A DNA stretch of 63,701 nt, counting the filler, from Welwitschia mirabilis (Eukaryota), in assembly GCA_051453625.1 (NCBI GenBank). It is 5 parts of one record of this genome, joined end to end, with 100 filler letters (N's around TTAATTAATTAA, not from the genome) between each part and the next. Parts side by side here need not be neighbours in the genome. Positions count along the whole stretch, not along the records: positions 19,509 to 31,536 come from JBOZIK010000001.1; positions 31,637 to 58,629 come from JBOZIK010000001.1; 3 more parts are not named here. One strand, given 5' to 3'. Positions within the stretch are counted from its first letter, which is position 1. Every line of letters begins with the position of its first letter. A model generated the notes under the pieces. The model was not told the DNA's origin. It did no database searches and saw only the letters and a list, made by a program, of their open reading frames with translations. The translations under genes were made by a program, and so were the position numbers. Of this stretch, positions 25,540-39,379 are shown piece by piece.

Positions 25540-27665
25540 CATCATTTCTATTCTATTTACCCCTCTTCTCTAGGATAGCCAATCTTAACAATTTATTTTA
25601 TAGCTTTGGTGTTTAATATTTTTACATAGTTTTAACTATATAATAGGAAATTAGAGATGAAAGATTAACTAGTCAACCATCCTCCCAAATTTAGGCATAA
25701 CAACTATGAATTCTGAAAGTTCAAATTGTAAGATTTTAGAGAAGCAATGATCTTTGAATATTGGATTATAATAGAGGAAGGATTCAAACCCCTAATACAT
25801 GTGAAGGCAATTAATGGTATAGAAATCATGATGATTAAGAAAAGGATCAAGTGGAAAGATGAAGAAAAGGATTATGCCATGTTAGGAAAAAAATGCTATA
25901 AATGCAATCTATTATGGGAAAAATATGAATACTACAAAAAGATTAGAAAGTTTGAAAGTGCTAAAGAAGTTTTTGATCCATTATAGCTAACATATTAAGG
26001 AATTAATCAAATTAAGAAGCAAATAAATAAATGCCTCTGATCCACTTTAAGCAAATAAGGATTAGAGAGGATAAGATCTTTACAGATTTTAATAACAAGT
26101 TTATGACATACTAAATGGTTTATAAGGGCTTAGAAAACTACCTGTAATTAGTCAAATGACAAAGAAGATCTTCCTTCGTAAGGTATATGAAAACAAAATC
26201 ATCTCCATTAAAGACATGAATAATATTAAAAGGATCAAGATAGAAGAGCTAGTAAGTGGCATTCTTACCTTTGAGTTAAGACATTTTTACAAAGGTAATA
26301 AAAGCAAAAGTATAACACACTTAATTAAAATCAAATTTCTCATTCCAAATATAAAGATGATTGATCTAACTCATCATCTTCTGATTCTAATTTTGACTTT
26401 GATAGATGAGGCTCAAAAGAATGTTGATAGATAATAAGTGAAGAAGAAAAATGAAAGAAGAAGGAAAATCTTTCAAATCCTAGGGTAGGACAAAGAAGAA
26501 AATTACCAAATGATATTATTCTAAAAATTTTTAACACACAGCTATTAATTATACAAATAATGGAATGAATAAAGGAAAAAAGAATGTAAAGAAGAAGTTC
26601 AATGTTACAACTTTGAGTAGTAATGATAACTTTGATAGAATTGGGGAAAAACATTAAAAGAGATAACTATAATAGAAGTAAAGGAAAGCATGATAAGGGT
26701 TTATCTTTAATAGGTAATAATTTTAATCTTAATTTTACTAACTCTAATAATCTAAGATTAAATAATTCTTTAGATTATAAAGTTAATGAGGTTAGTAATG
26801 TTAAAGAAGATTAATCCTCAAACATTAAATGTGATGAATAGAAAGAGATGAAAGACTTTGATGACAAATAGGCAGATGATGATGAATAAGATTAATTTTT
26901 AATTAATTCTTATCATGACATTTATGGTAAAAGCAAGAAGATCACTAAGGAAAATGTGCTTCTCAAGAAGGATGTAATCAAATTAGAGGACTGAAAGAAA
27001 CCCATGTCAATTAAATTAGATTAGATAAAAGGGAATATGATACATAAGTCTACACACTATTTCAAGGGCTTAAATATCTACAAGAAGTTCCTAAACTAAG
27101 GGAATAAAATGTATCTATTTATGGTAAAATATTAATGAATTGCATGATATTATTTTGAAGCTTGCTATAGAAAAGAATAATTTATATAAGATGTTAATCA
27201 AGAAAAGAGTAATAAATCCTTTGTTATTTCTTTCTCAAGAAAATTTTCATCCCTCTCTAGTGGTAATGGTTTTTTCATAAGAAGCATAAAATTAGGTGAT
27301 GTGAAATCCTACTCTTCTATTATTAAATTTGATAAAAGAAGTAGAAAGAAACTCATTTGCTATTTTTGTAATAGCTTTGTGTACACTAAATTTACTTGTC
27401 ATTTTAGTCATATATTTTCAAATTCTGGTGATACCTACTTTTCAATTCATTAAAAAGAAACTAAAATTTAATACTGGATGGGAGAAATGATAAATCAAAT
27501 GAAATTCTATTAATTCATACTACTTTATCTTCTACTAATGATGTTCACCAGTAATTTAGTAATGGTTGTTTAAGGCATATAACAAGGAATAAAAGCAAGT
27601 TTATTAATAGAAATATGATTGAGGTCCTATTACATTTGAAAACAATGGTAAGGCTATGGTACTAA
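25540..27665 (+). mobile_element. SIRE-like Ty1/copia fragment: LTR end, decayed PBS, gag, protease
   Basis: ctatttacccctcttctctagg...aaca LTR end (25590), 7/12 PBS match at 25593-25604, gag NHPPKF..NYEFWK and EYWIIIEEGF, protease remnant (WYLDSGCSRHMTG-like) at ~27550-27600. Confidence 0.8.
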
Positions 27666-27836
27666 TAAATTACATTGTAGTATTACACTTAGGAAAATAG
27701 AAAACCCTAGTGAAAAGATGGTTAGATGTGCTTTCTTGTAATAGTAAGCTCTATCATTCAAAATAAGTAGGAAAAAATAAAATATCATTTTTAATATCAT
27801 TTTCATTGGTTTTCTTACTTTTCAATTCTTTGCACA

Positions 27837-27848
27837 TGGTATTAGAAC
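27837..27848 (+). promoter_or_regulatory. Probable decayed PBS-Met of a further nested LTR element
   Basis: aca|tggtattagaac is 10/12 to TGGTATCAGAGC, and both differences are C>T/G>A. Confidence 0.55.
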
Positions 27849-30355
27849 TTAGAATAGGTGTTCTTGAATCTCTTAAGGAGCTTACATGCTCACTTGCATC
27901 CTTTTGCATGTGGTTTCTATGAATTCCTATTAGATCAATCTTTTAGACCTATGATTTTTAGTTTTTTTTTTTATTTACTTTCAATTTTAACTAGGGTTTG
28001 TTTGCCTTAGGATTATTTTCTAGCATGTATTTTTTTATTTTTTCATAAATTTTCATTTTATATAATGCATTTTCTATATTTTTTTACATTTTTTATAATG
28101 ATGTTTCTATAGATGTAGTACCTTCATCCTCCTTAGTGAAGGTACAAGAGCAACTATATTTAAACTAGGTCACTGAATTTCCTTTGAAAGGATCATAAAG
28201 CTTTAGTTAATGAGAATTTTCCTCATTAATTTCAAAAACTCCTTTTACAATTTTAAGACATTTATGCAAATGAATCTACATCATTTTGATGAATAAGCCA
28301 TATTTGCAATGGATTGAATCTCTATGGGTATAGGATCACACAAGTACATTTGTGGCAATTTCCTATCTACATTAAACTTTTATTAATGTTGTTTATCTAT
28401 TGATGTCCTTACTCTAATATGTTTCAAAAGTAATGAAGGATAGCATGATGACTGCCCATATCAAGTATAGCATTTTAAGAATCATTTAAGTTGGAATGTA
28501 TTTTAGTTTCTTAGACTTTCAGACTTATAGGAATGACTCAAGATCATAGGAATAACATAGGAAAAACAAAACCCAAGAGAACTTTTTCATTCTGGAAAAA
28601 AAATTCCTTTATAGCATTAAAATATCATAATCATACTACAAAATTTCTTATCATTGCAAAACAACTCTCATAGCATTGAAAGAGCATAGTCAAACTCTCA
28701 TGTCTACTATTATTATAATTGTAGCTAAACTCATTACAAATATTACTAATTTTTCTGCATCTTCATTGTAATCATAACCAACCTTTTCACTTATGCTAAC
28801 AAGTGCATGTTTTATACTACATCTTCTTCTTCTACTACCCTTTCATACTGCATCTTCCTTTTTTATTAAAGTTACTTGTCTTTTAAATTCTTGCATTTTT
28901 TTTACACACTTTTTGACAAGAACCATTTTCTTCTTCCTCTATGATGTCTCTTGCTAATTAGGATTTTAAATTATTAATAGTTTATAGGCTTATTGATAGT
29001 GTTGTAAAAACATATTGTACTTTTAATCTTTTAGACCAAACTGAAAATCTACATTCTCATTAAGAAGAAAAGGAATTTCTTATAACTAACAATCTAAGAT
29101 ATGAGGGAGTAAATTCCAATCTCTCTAGCCCATTTAGTAGAAAGTGACTTAACTTTCTCTAATAGTAAATATTTTCAATTGCCATTTGAAACATTTAGGA
29201 ATCTCTAATCATTTGATTTACTACCTTAAAATTAAAATCCTAAAATTTATTATTGCCATTAATAAAATAGTAAAGAAGAGATCCATTATACAAGAGAAAA
29301 ATATAACTATCTTAATTGGCATTTTGCAATTGTAGAAAATAGGATGATTAGTATTTAGTAAAGATGCATGAAGGGCATATTTTGCTATGCAATTATCTCA
29401 AGTTATTTCTTCCAATAAATACTATTGATAGCCATCTCATATTAATCAACTTCACTACCAATAATTATTATTTAAGATTTTAAATTTCCTTTTTCTTCTT
29501 TTAAAGCTTTATGCACATGTGAAACTATTTATTTTCTAATAGTTTCTTATTTGATCTATGCACATATGAATTTATCTTTTCTTTAACACTTTTGTACTAA
29601 GCTTGTACTTATGTGTTTTGGGCTGTTCCTTTATTTATTTTTCTTATGCATGTATTTTGAGTTGAGATTCTAGTTCACTATTATTCACATGTCATTGTTA
29701 GTGCAAGTTTTCGTTTTTTACATATTTTTGAATTTAGGGGTAACTTTTAGTTATTGAAAGTTGATCAAACTTTCCTTTCATTACATTAAGTTAAGTTAAA
29801 ATGTAAAGCACGATTCACTTGACTTATTTCTTTTACTTAGAACTTTCTTTCACTTATAATTTAAATACATCAAGTTAATTTTTGGATGTATAAAAAGATT
29901 CACTTAACTTAATTATATGAAGATCAAGCCCCTTTTTTGATTTTTTTGGTCTTCTTTTCTTACACTTAATGCCATTCTAAAATATTTTATGTTGTTTATA
30001 CTATATAATTAAAACTTATTAAATCCTTAGTTACATTACATTGTTAAATAGAAATACACCTAGTTTAGATGATAAACATGATGATCCTTACATACATATT
30101 AATCTGCATTAGGCTATGCCATACTTTAAGCTTATTAACTAGTCTTTAACTATCATAACAATTAAGTACAAGTGTATAAAGGGTCATTTTTTTCCTTAAG
30201 TAAAAATGTTTTAGGCATTTTAAGATTCAAATTCCCATGCATGATTTATTATTTAAGGGTGTATTAGATCAAGACTAGAGGCATAGTGATAGGATCAACT
30301 TGTATTTCATCACCAATTTAATAATAAGAAATAACTATAATAAATTAAAATTTAT

Positions 30356-31441
30356 TATTACAATGTATTTGTGCAAATAATTAAGCTCAAGAAGGTCCTA
30401 TCATTCACAAATAAAATAGATATCTGCACAACACAATACACTAATATAGATGGGATTTGACCCAAATGTTATAATTCATGGAAGGCACAAGCTAGAGAAA
30501 GAGAATTGATTTCAATAAGAAACACTATGTATTCTATCAACAAAAATAAATTGCAATGCAGAAAAAGCACACTGAAACACTCTTATCCAAAGTTAATTTA
30601 AGAAAGGAAAATAGTAATGCATCTAAACTAATGATGCTCAACTTTGATAAAGATTACCTTTATAACCTATATTATCATTAAAGAAAAGTAACATAAACTA
30701 TGAGGGATAAAAATAAAAAAAATAGAAATTAAAAAAAAACTCTTTGTATTAATTAAACCACATCTATGTTACAAGGAAATTGAACCTTAATGGAGTAATC
30801 ACAACCCAATACGAAGGAAGATATTTCTTTCTAACTACCAAGGATGAATCTTTGGTCCTTCGATATCCTCTCATGAGAATTTTCAGTTAAGAGAAGGTAA
30901 GATAGAGTGAAGGACAGAATTGATATTTATTGACAACAAACACACAACAACAAGATAAACAAATAGGCACAAATATAATCCTAATGGACATGCCAAAAGA
31001 CATTCAAACAAATGGTAAGAATTAGATGAATGTTCAATGGAACATTATAACAGATGTCCATCTTATTGGTCATCTAGATGATATAGGAGATGATGTCATC
31101 TCATAAGTAATACACATCATCTGCTAAATTGATCACAATTAGCATCCTCATTAGCTTTAGCTATTGTATCATTTGTACTATTATCTAGACAATGTAGTAA
31201 ATGATAGGCTTTTACAAGTGTTCATCAAATGCATGAGCCTCAATGTTTACAGGAAATCTGTCTCAAAAATAGAAAGTGTTGGGAACTACTCCAAATGCTA
31301 TAAAATGTTATGGAGATTGTGTGCTTTTGTATCTTTCATCTCAGCTCTCCGTTATAATGGAATTCTAACATAAACCTGTCTAATATCCTATAAAACTACT
31401 CAAAATACCCTATCAAATATATTCAAGTTGGTAATGCAACA
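30356..31441 (-). mobile_element. Athila-type 3' LTR
   Basis: Colinear with 50796-51647; ends ...gcaaca, followed by the PPT complement taacctcccacttaccctt. Confidence 0.85.
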
Positions 31442-34400
31442 TAACCTCCCACTTACCCTTGTCAGTTCCTAATAAAACTAGGTAGTAAACTCTAATTACA
31501 AGCCAACTTTTTAATAATAAAAACATCTAAGGTATTNNNNNNNNNNNNNNNNNNNNNNNNNNNNNNNNNNNNNNNNNNNNTTAATTAATTAANNNNNNNN
31601 NNNNNNNNNNNNNNNNNNNNNNNNNNNNNNNNNNNNTGAACTCTGTCTAGGCAGCTAGCTCAAGTATAAGAGAAGAAGAGGAAGAATCCTCAGGATCAAT
31701 ATGAAAACAAAGTTCTAAGGATGTAGAAATGAAATGGACCATCTCATCCATCTAAAAATGTCTAGCCTCTAGGATGTCTACTATCACACTGTGTTGAATG
31801 AAGATAATGTGCTGATGTATGTTAACAATCTAGTCCTTAGAGTGTTAGGCTCTCCTCTCAATAGTCAGGATTCTNNNNTCTAATGTTTATGTTCTTTGAT
31901 TAAGAGCCTAAATATCTGGTCTAGTCTTTGAATACCTTAATTCATAAAATCTTTAATGGTCTTTATGGTCTCTGATAGAAGGATATGTATTTGATTAAGA
32001 GTAACACCAACCATAGGTCTTTATACCTGAGGTCGCTCTGCCTTTCTTAGTATTCATATATTTATAACCTACAAATGGTGAGCAGAAGTCTGGATATGAG
32101 ATAAGTGNNNNNNNNNNNNNNNNNNNNNNNNNNNNNNNNNNNNNNNNNNNNNNNNNNNNNNNNNNNNNNNNNNNNNNNNNNNNNNNNNNNNNNNNNNNNN
32201 NNNNNNNNNNNNNNNNNNNNNNNNNNNNNNNNNNNNNNNNNNNNNNNNNNNNNNNNNNNNNNNNNNNNNNNNNNNNNNNTATGAAATGATGGGTTGATGT
32301 TATGGATCACCCCTCTATGAAGTACTCTATATGTAAGGATTAACTATGTAATAAGAATTCCTTACCTATCCATCATCAGATCTGCTAGTATATCTAGTTC
32401 ATTGCCATATGCATGATGCTTCTCAGTTCCTCTAATTGAATGAATATGAAGACTCCTAGATCCATCAAGATTAGTTACTACTATGATGTGGGATAAAAGG
32501 ATCACAATCTCATGGTTAAAAATGTAAGCAAAAATCATATCAACTAGCTAATCACAAGAATTTGGTTGATGTTCTATATGNNNNNNNNNNNNNNNNNNNN
32601 NNNNNNNNNNNNNNNNNNNNNNNNNNNNNNNNNNNNNNNNNNNNNNNNNNNNNNNNNNNNNNNNNNNNNNNNNNNNNNNNATGGTTACAAATGTAAGCAA
32701 AAATCATATCATCTAGCTAATCACAAGAATTTGGTTGATGTTCTATATGCATGATGTCATAGAATTTTCTTGTCTTTAAGACATAGTATGAATCATATGC
32801 ATTTTTAATATAATAAAGCTAAAGACTCATGAGCCTTTGATCTACCTTAAGATCTATGTGGCTTATGAAATCTCTAAAGTATCTCTCAACATATATACTA
32901 GCTATCTGAATTGTCAAAGATTGTCTATGTCGAGGTGGTGGATGTACCAACTCCACACGCTTTACCTCTTACAATACTAACAGGTTCAGCTCTTCCTCTA
33001 CGTCTTTAGTGTTAGCCTCAGCCTATCTAGATCTACACATATAGTAATTTTTGAATAGAAAATACACAAAAAAACATCATGTGAGAATAGATAGATACAT
33101 CAAATATATCGCATGGATGCACAATAAGGAATCCCAAAATTGATAATAAATAAGAAAAATGATGAAAATATCTTCTACACCTCACTTAAAAAATGCAATA
33201 TCTCCCAGATTACCTATATATAAGAAGAAAAATGTAAAACAAATGAAAAGTGAAAAAGAAGTTTTTTAGTGGATCCCACATATGGTAAAAATTCAAAGTT
33301 CTCAAATGAAAAATCTAATCTAATAGAATCATAGAACACATCAAAATGATCAATTTTGCCTAAAGGATTACTATGTTTCAACCTATAATTTGAAAAAATG
33401 ATGTAAAAGATAGAAAGTTAAAATTCCTTAGTAAAATGCACAACTAATTATAACTTTCAAAACATGTAGTGAAATTTAAATCTATAAGTTCCAAAACAAA
33501 GAACATGAAAAATTAATAAAAATACATGAAAACTACACATCAAAAGACTAAAACATGGTAGAAAAAGTTTAAAGAAAAAAAGAGAGGGAGAGAAAAACAT
33601 ACCTCATTTTGGCAAATTCAATCAAAAATTTGAAATCTGNNNNNNNNNNNNNNNNNNNNNNNNNNNNNNNNNNNNNNNNNNNNNNNNNNNNNNNNNNNNN
33701 NNNNNNNNNNNNNNNNNNNNNNNNNNNNNNNNNNNNNNNGTTTAAAAAAATGATGTAAAAGATAGAAAGTTAAAATTCCTTAATAAAATGCACAACTAAT
33801 TATGACTTTCAAAATATGTAGTTAAATTTAAATCTATAAGTTCCAAAACAAAGAACATGAAAAATTAATAAAAATACATGAAACTACACATCAAAAGACT
33901 AAAAAATGGTAGAAAAAGTTTAAAGAAAAAAAGAGAGGGAGAGCAAAACATACCTCATTTTGGCAAATTCAATCAAACATTTGAAATCTGGACATAAAAT
34001 CAAGTAAGATAAGATTCAAGACACTAGCAAAGTCTAAAGGATTGTTGTTTTTCAAAGGAATGAACCAAAACAATTAGCAAACAAAGAACAATGAGAAAAA
34101 AAGAATTTGAGCCATGGTTTTATTACACTATCATCTGGCTGCATCATCCAAACAATACCTCTAGGACAACTCTCAAAAAAAATTGGATTGTCATCCTACT
34201 AGATTTATTTGGATGAAGAAGTGAATGACAAAACATGAAAAAATTTGACAAAAATAAAGATGTTAACTAATAAATTTAGACTCAAGTATAACTATTAAAG
34301 TATCAGATTGTATCAAAAAACTCAAGAAAAATAGGAAATGAGAAAGAAAACCACAAGAATCAAGATGAAGAATAAAAAATTAAAATAAAAGAAAAACTAT

Positions 34401-34963
34401 GGTTGAAGAAAATGAGTTAACTAGCTAAACCTTATAAATAAAAATTGAATAAATGTGCTTAAACTAAAATGTAAAATAAGAGAAAGCATAGAACTCTAAA
34501 AGGTATAAGGAATCTTAAAATAAAAAAAATTGTAAAACAAAAATATGTCCTAATGAATTTAAATTCTAATTAAAAATGAATGAACGTGAAGAAATATCAA
34601 GAAAACTACTAAATGATAAGGTCCTATATAAGAATGAGAAAATGTGAAAATGTCTTTAAAATAACAAATTGAAACATCAAATAAAAGAAGAACGAAAATA
34701 AACATAAGAAACAAGGAAAATATTGCTTATCAATCCTAAATTATAACCTAGCAAACTCACAAGGAAGACATCATAAAGCCATCTGAATAAAAATGCATAA
34801 CAAAATGTATAAACTCTATAAAGTTCCACTCTAAAAGACAATGATTATGGCAATACCAAAACTTAAATTCTTAGAATAATAAGTTACAAGATCAAAAGCT
34901 ATTTAGAAATAAACTCACCTTCTTTCATTTCATAAAAGCATCTAAATCCTTAAAAGTAAAATA

Positions 34964-36312
34964 TGATAGGATTGAGAACCGGCAGGGAGGAGTGGGGGGG
35001 GGAAGGTGGTTTCAAAAACTTAATAATTAATCTAAAATAAAAATATTTAAAACACAACTTGCATATGAAAATAAATTATTCTAATATGTGCACAAAATGA
35101 TAAGATATTAAAAGTAAAGAATAAAAAACTAAAAGAAAAAACTACCAATTTAATGCAAACTAGATTTATAGTGGTTTGGGAAACTCTCCTACTCCACTCT
35201 TGATGATCAGCTTCTTCCAAGCTTGATCTCAGGTTTTTATTACTTCATTAGGTATTCTAGGTCTATCTGTAATCTTTATAAGTGGAATTTTCTAGACTAA
35301 GTCTCAAACTTTAGAATAGAATTTTCAAGGATTAGTCTCAATCTTTAGAAAACAATGGTAGTNNNNNNCATTGGTGCCTTATTGCATTTACCTACTCACT
35401 GATATCAAGATATAATAGATGGAGCTCTCCTTCTATATAAGTATACCCATGATGCTCTAGATTTGACTTTGAATGAAGCACACATGCCAATGAAATATCT
35501 CCTCTAGTTAGATATGTAGAAGCCAAGATAAAATAGTGATAACAAATATTAATACATAGCTTAATCCTTCAGACCCAAGTGAATGTTGCCGAAATGAGAA
35601 TGGTTTTAAAAAGATCTCTTGGTCATTTATGGCTTAGCTATTTATAATGGAACTCTATTAGAGTTTAGTACATTTGAATTTCACCTACAATGGTTATAAA
35701 TGGCTAGAAAATGGCTATATAATAGCTAAATAATGGATACATAATGTTTAAAAGTTTTTCTTTTTTATGTCTTCCGATCGACCCCATAAAAATCTGGTCA
35801 ATCCCATGTAGTACCATGAATTACATAGGTTGCTCAAGAGAAAGATTCAATCATCCTAAGTTTTTATGTCTCCATATCTGGTCAACCCCATCAAGATCTA
35901 GTAGATCCTGGTCTAGTTAACCATTTCCTAGGTTCGGTCAACCCCTTAACTCTTGGTCTGGGAATACTACATATTAGGTCCTCAAATCTGGTCAATCCCA
36001 TAAAAATCTAATTAACCTCTTTCCATCTGATTCAGGGACACTAGTTCTTCAAGTTATAGGTTTGGTCAACTCCATCAAAATCTAGTTAACCCTTTGGATT
36101 CAGTCCATTTTTCTTTGATAGCTTTAAGTGCGATCAACCCCTTAAGAATCTAGTCAACCCCTCTTAAGGATAAATAAGTAGACAGGTTTCTAGTGCATAT
36201 TTTTATTTTATCTTTTAACCTACAAAAACCTTAATATCTTCTACATAAAATATATAACATTGGCTATAAAAAAGACATTTTTTGACATCAATTGATAAAA
36301 CATAATCTAATA
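34964..36312 (-). repeat. 3' LTR of SIRE-like element 1
   Basis: tgatagga...cataatctaata; colinear with 42645-44545. Confidence 0.92.
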
Positions 36313-36840
36313 ATATCCCTCTTTGACATTGATGGAAAATAATACTTAGTTGTGAAAAAATTAGAACTCATAGAGAAAGCTCCCCCTTATAAAATTCTTA
36401 TTTACAAAGTAATAATCCAAGTTAAGATAAGTTAAGGCATTTTAGACAAATAATATTTTGTGCTTTTGAATGCAACCAATTTAATATCTACAATTGAGGA
36501 AATAAAAAGGTACATTTTTTATGATAATCATAATGTGATCAAGAACGCTTATTTAATTATATGTTACAAATATTTTGATTCATTTCCATATGTTCCAATA
36601 ATTTTAAGCTTTTCAAAATAAGTATATATGATATCATAATACCAAATGAGATATACCAAATGATACAAAGATTGTGCTAAAATAGATACTTGTATTATAT
36701 TATGAGTAAAAACATTACAAATCTAATAAGCAAGGATTACAAAATAAAAGTGCTCATCAAGATCATACAAGAAGTTTAGCACACATACAAACAAACACAA
36801 CTAATTCTCCCTCATTTTGACATCAATGAAAAGGAGAGAA
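36313..36840 (-). promoter_or_regulatory. Multiple polypurine-tract region
   Basis: atccctctttgacattgatgg (36315), ctcccccttat (36380), ttctccctcattttgacatcaatg (36805). Multiple PPTs are a Sirevirus hallmark. Confidence 0.8.
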
Positions 36841-36866
36841 TGTAAAAACATAATTTGAAAAAAAGT

Positions 36867-38811
36867 TCAACCAGAATCCTCTTCTTTTTCTTCTTCTTCT
36901 TCCTCTTCAGAGTCTTCCTCTTCTTCTTCCTCATCTCCTCTAGTACAAGATAAACTAGTAGCCTCTTCTGAGGTATCTACAATGTCACATCTAGCTACAA
37001 TAAGGGCTTCTTTCATGTGTCTAGTATCGGAATCAATCCGTTTCAGATATGAGAGAGCCTCATCAGGAGATGCTTCCTTAGAATTAGCAGAAGGGGATCT
37101 CTTGGAGGAGGAAAAGATATGCATGCAAAATATAGTTGCACATCCAATGGGTAACATCAGCTAAAGGGTTTTCAAAATAGAATGAAATTTAACATGAAAG
37201 TGGTGGTAAATAATAGTGATAAGCACAGAATAGGGTACATCCCTAGTTCTATGGTACTCCAGCTATAAGGCCATATTTTTTAGTATTATGGTAAGAGCAC
37301 TAATAAAACACTTAGTACCTACCAAATACATCAACTAAGCTTAATAGCAGAAGGCCTTATCATGATGGCTANNNNNNNNNNNNNNNNNNNNNNNNNNNNN
37401 NNNNNNNNNNNNNNNNNNNNNNNNNNNNNNNNNNNNNNNNNNNNNNNNNNNNNNNNNNNNNNNNNNNNNNNNNNNNNNNNNNNNNNNNNNNNNNNNNNNN
37501 NNNNNNNNNNNNNNNNNNNNNNNNNNNNNNNNNNNNNNNNNNNNNNNNNNNNNNNNNNNNNNNNNNNNNNNNNNNNNNNNNNNNNNNNNNNNNNNNNNNN
37601 NNNNNNNNNNNNNNNNNNNNNNNNNNNNNNNNNNNNNNNNNNNNNNNNNNNNNNNNNNNNNNNNNNNNNNNNNNNNNNNNNNNNNNNNNNNNNNNNNNNN
37701 NNNNNNNNNNNNNNNNNNNNNNNNNNNNNNNNNNNNNNNNNNNNNNNNNNNNNNNNNNNNNNNNNNNNNNNNNNNNNNNNNNNNNNNNNNNNNNNNNNNN
37801 NNNNNNNNNNNNNNNNNNNNNNNNNNNNNNNNNNNNNNNNNNNNNNNNNNNNNNNNNNNNNNNNNNNNNNNNNNNNNNNNNNNNNNNNNNNNNNNNNNNN
37901 NNNNNNNNNNNNNNNNNNNNNNNNNNNNNNNNNNNNNNNNNNNNNNNNNNNNNNNNNNNNNNNNNNNNNNNNNNNNNNNNNNNNNNNNNNNNNNNNNNNN
38001 NNNNNNNNNNNNNNNNNNNNNNNNNNNNNNNNNNNNNNNNNNNNNNNNNNNNNNNNNNNNNNNNNNNNNNNNNNNNNNNNGAAAAGATATGCATGCAAAA
38101 TATAGTTGCACATCCAATGGGTAACATCAGCTGAAGGGTTTTCAAAATAGAATGAAATTTGACATGAAAGTGGTGGTAAATACTAGTGATAAGCATAGAA
38201 TAGGGTACATTCCTAGTTCTATGGTACTCTAGCTGCAAGGCCATATTTTTTGGTATTATGGTAAGAGCATCAATAAAACACTTAGTACCTACCAAATACA
38301 TCAACTAAGCTCAATAGCAGGAGGCCTCATCATGATGGCTAGGTAAAGGTAAAAAGTTATAAATAAAAATCAAATAAATAAAATAGTATTTAGGAGTCAA
38401 TAAAGAGGTAGACAAAGTGTGCTTCCAAGAGTGCACCCTATCACAAAGCTCCTTAGTCACCGTAGACTTGTCTTCCACGGTGTCTCTGAAAGGCCAAAAC
38501 TCCTCGTAGTCTCCCCTTAGAAGATTAGTTAGCTGAGAGATGAGGTTTGCTATCACTCTTATCTTTTTATCCAAAACAAGGGTTTCAAGAGTCCTAGTTA
38601 CACGATCAAAAGAGGCATTACAATAAAACATCTTAGTTAAAAAAGAATAAGCTGGACCTAAAACATCTAAGAAATGGTCAAAATCCTATTCGCTCAAGAG
38701 TTGGATCACTTCCCTGAGTTCCCTGAGCTATGATGTAGCTATAGGCTACTCCTAGCACATAGCCTTCTTCTCAAACTTCTTAGTAACCTTTTCAACATCT
38801 TCTTCTGACAT
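36867..38811 (-). pseudogene. Extra 3' ORF ('env-like' / plant transposon protein-like) of SIRE element 1
   Basis: ORF pieces 38311-38631 (MFYCNASF...YNFLPLPSHH), 38081-38304 (VPYSMLITSIYHHFHV) and 36867-37157 (acidic tail) join into ~325 aa; homologous to 53546-54722. Confidence 0.8.
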
Positions 38812-39379
38812 TCCTTAGTAGAAGTAGAATGGTTCCCTTGAAGGACCCTACTTTGCTCTTCTCCTGGAAGAACTTTCAGCCATTCTAAGACTCTTGCAAG
38901 TAAAAGAACTAAGAAAAACATTGGATCTGGAAGAAAGAGATCTGCATCTTGAAATAAACTCACTAGATCTGAGAGCTAGAGAGGGCTAGAACATAATGAA
39001 ATCAAGTTAGAATTCTATATCTTTTATAGACTGAAGGAAATAGGGTGAAATGAAGAAAGAAATCGGATCCATCGACTGTACTTCTACACTGTAATCCATC
39101 AGATCCTATCGACCACTCGAAGTTCCAGTTAATCCATCGAGATGTGGATTTATAGTACTGAAGGGGTCCAAGCGACTGGGCTCTCAGGCCAGTCAACCGA
39201 CCACATTTGATCGACTGAATCATAGATCCGATCGATAGCCCTGCAATCAGCCAAGAAACTGTGACTTAACCCCCAGATCNNNNNNNNNNNNNNNNNNNNN
39301 NNNNNNNNNNNNNNNNNNNNNNNNNNNNNNNNNNNNNNNNNNNNNNNNNNNNNNNNNNNNNNNNNNNNNNNNNNNNNNN

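Noticed and set aside
36867..37157. Acidic-tailed ORF as a host gene
   Set aside because: It sits between pol and the PPT of an LTR element and has a homolog at the same position in element 2.
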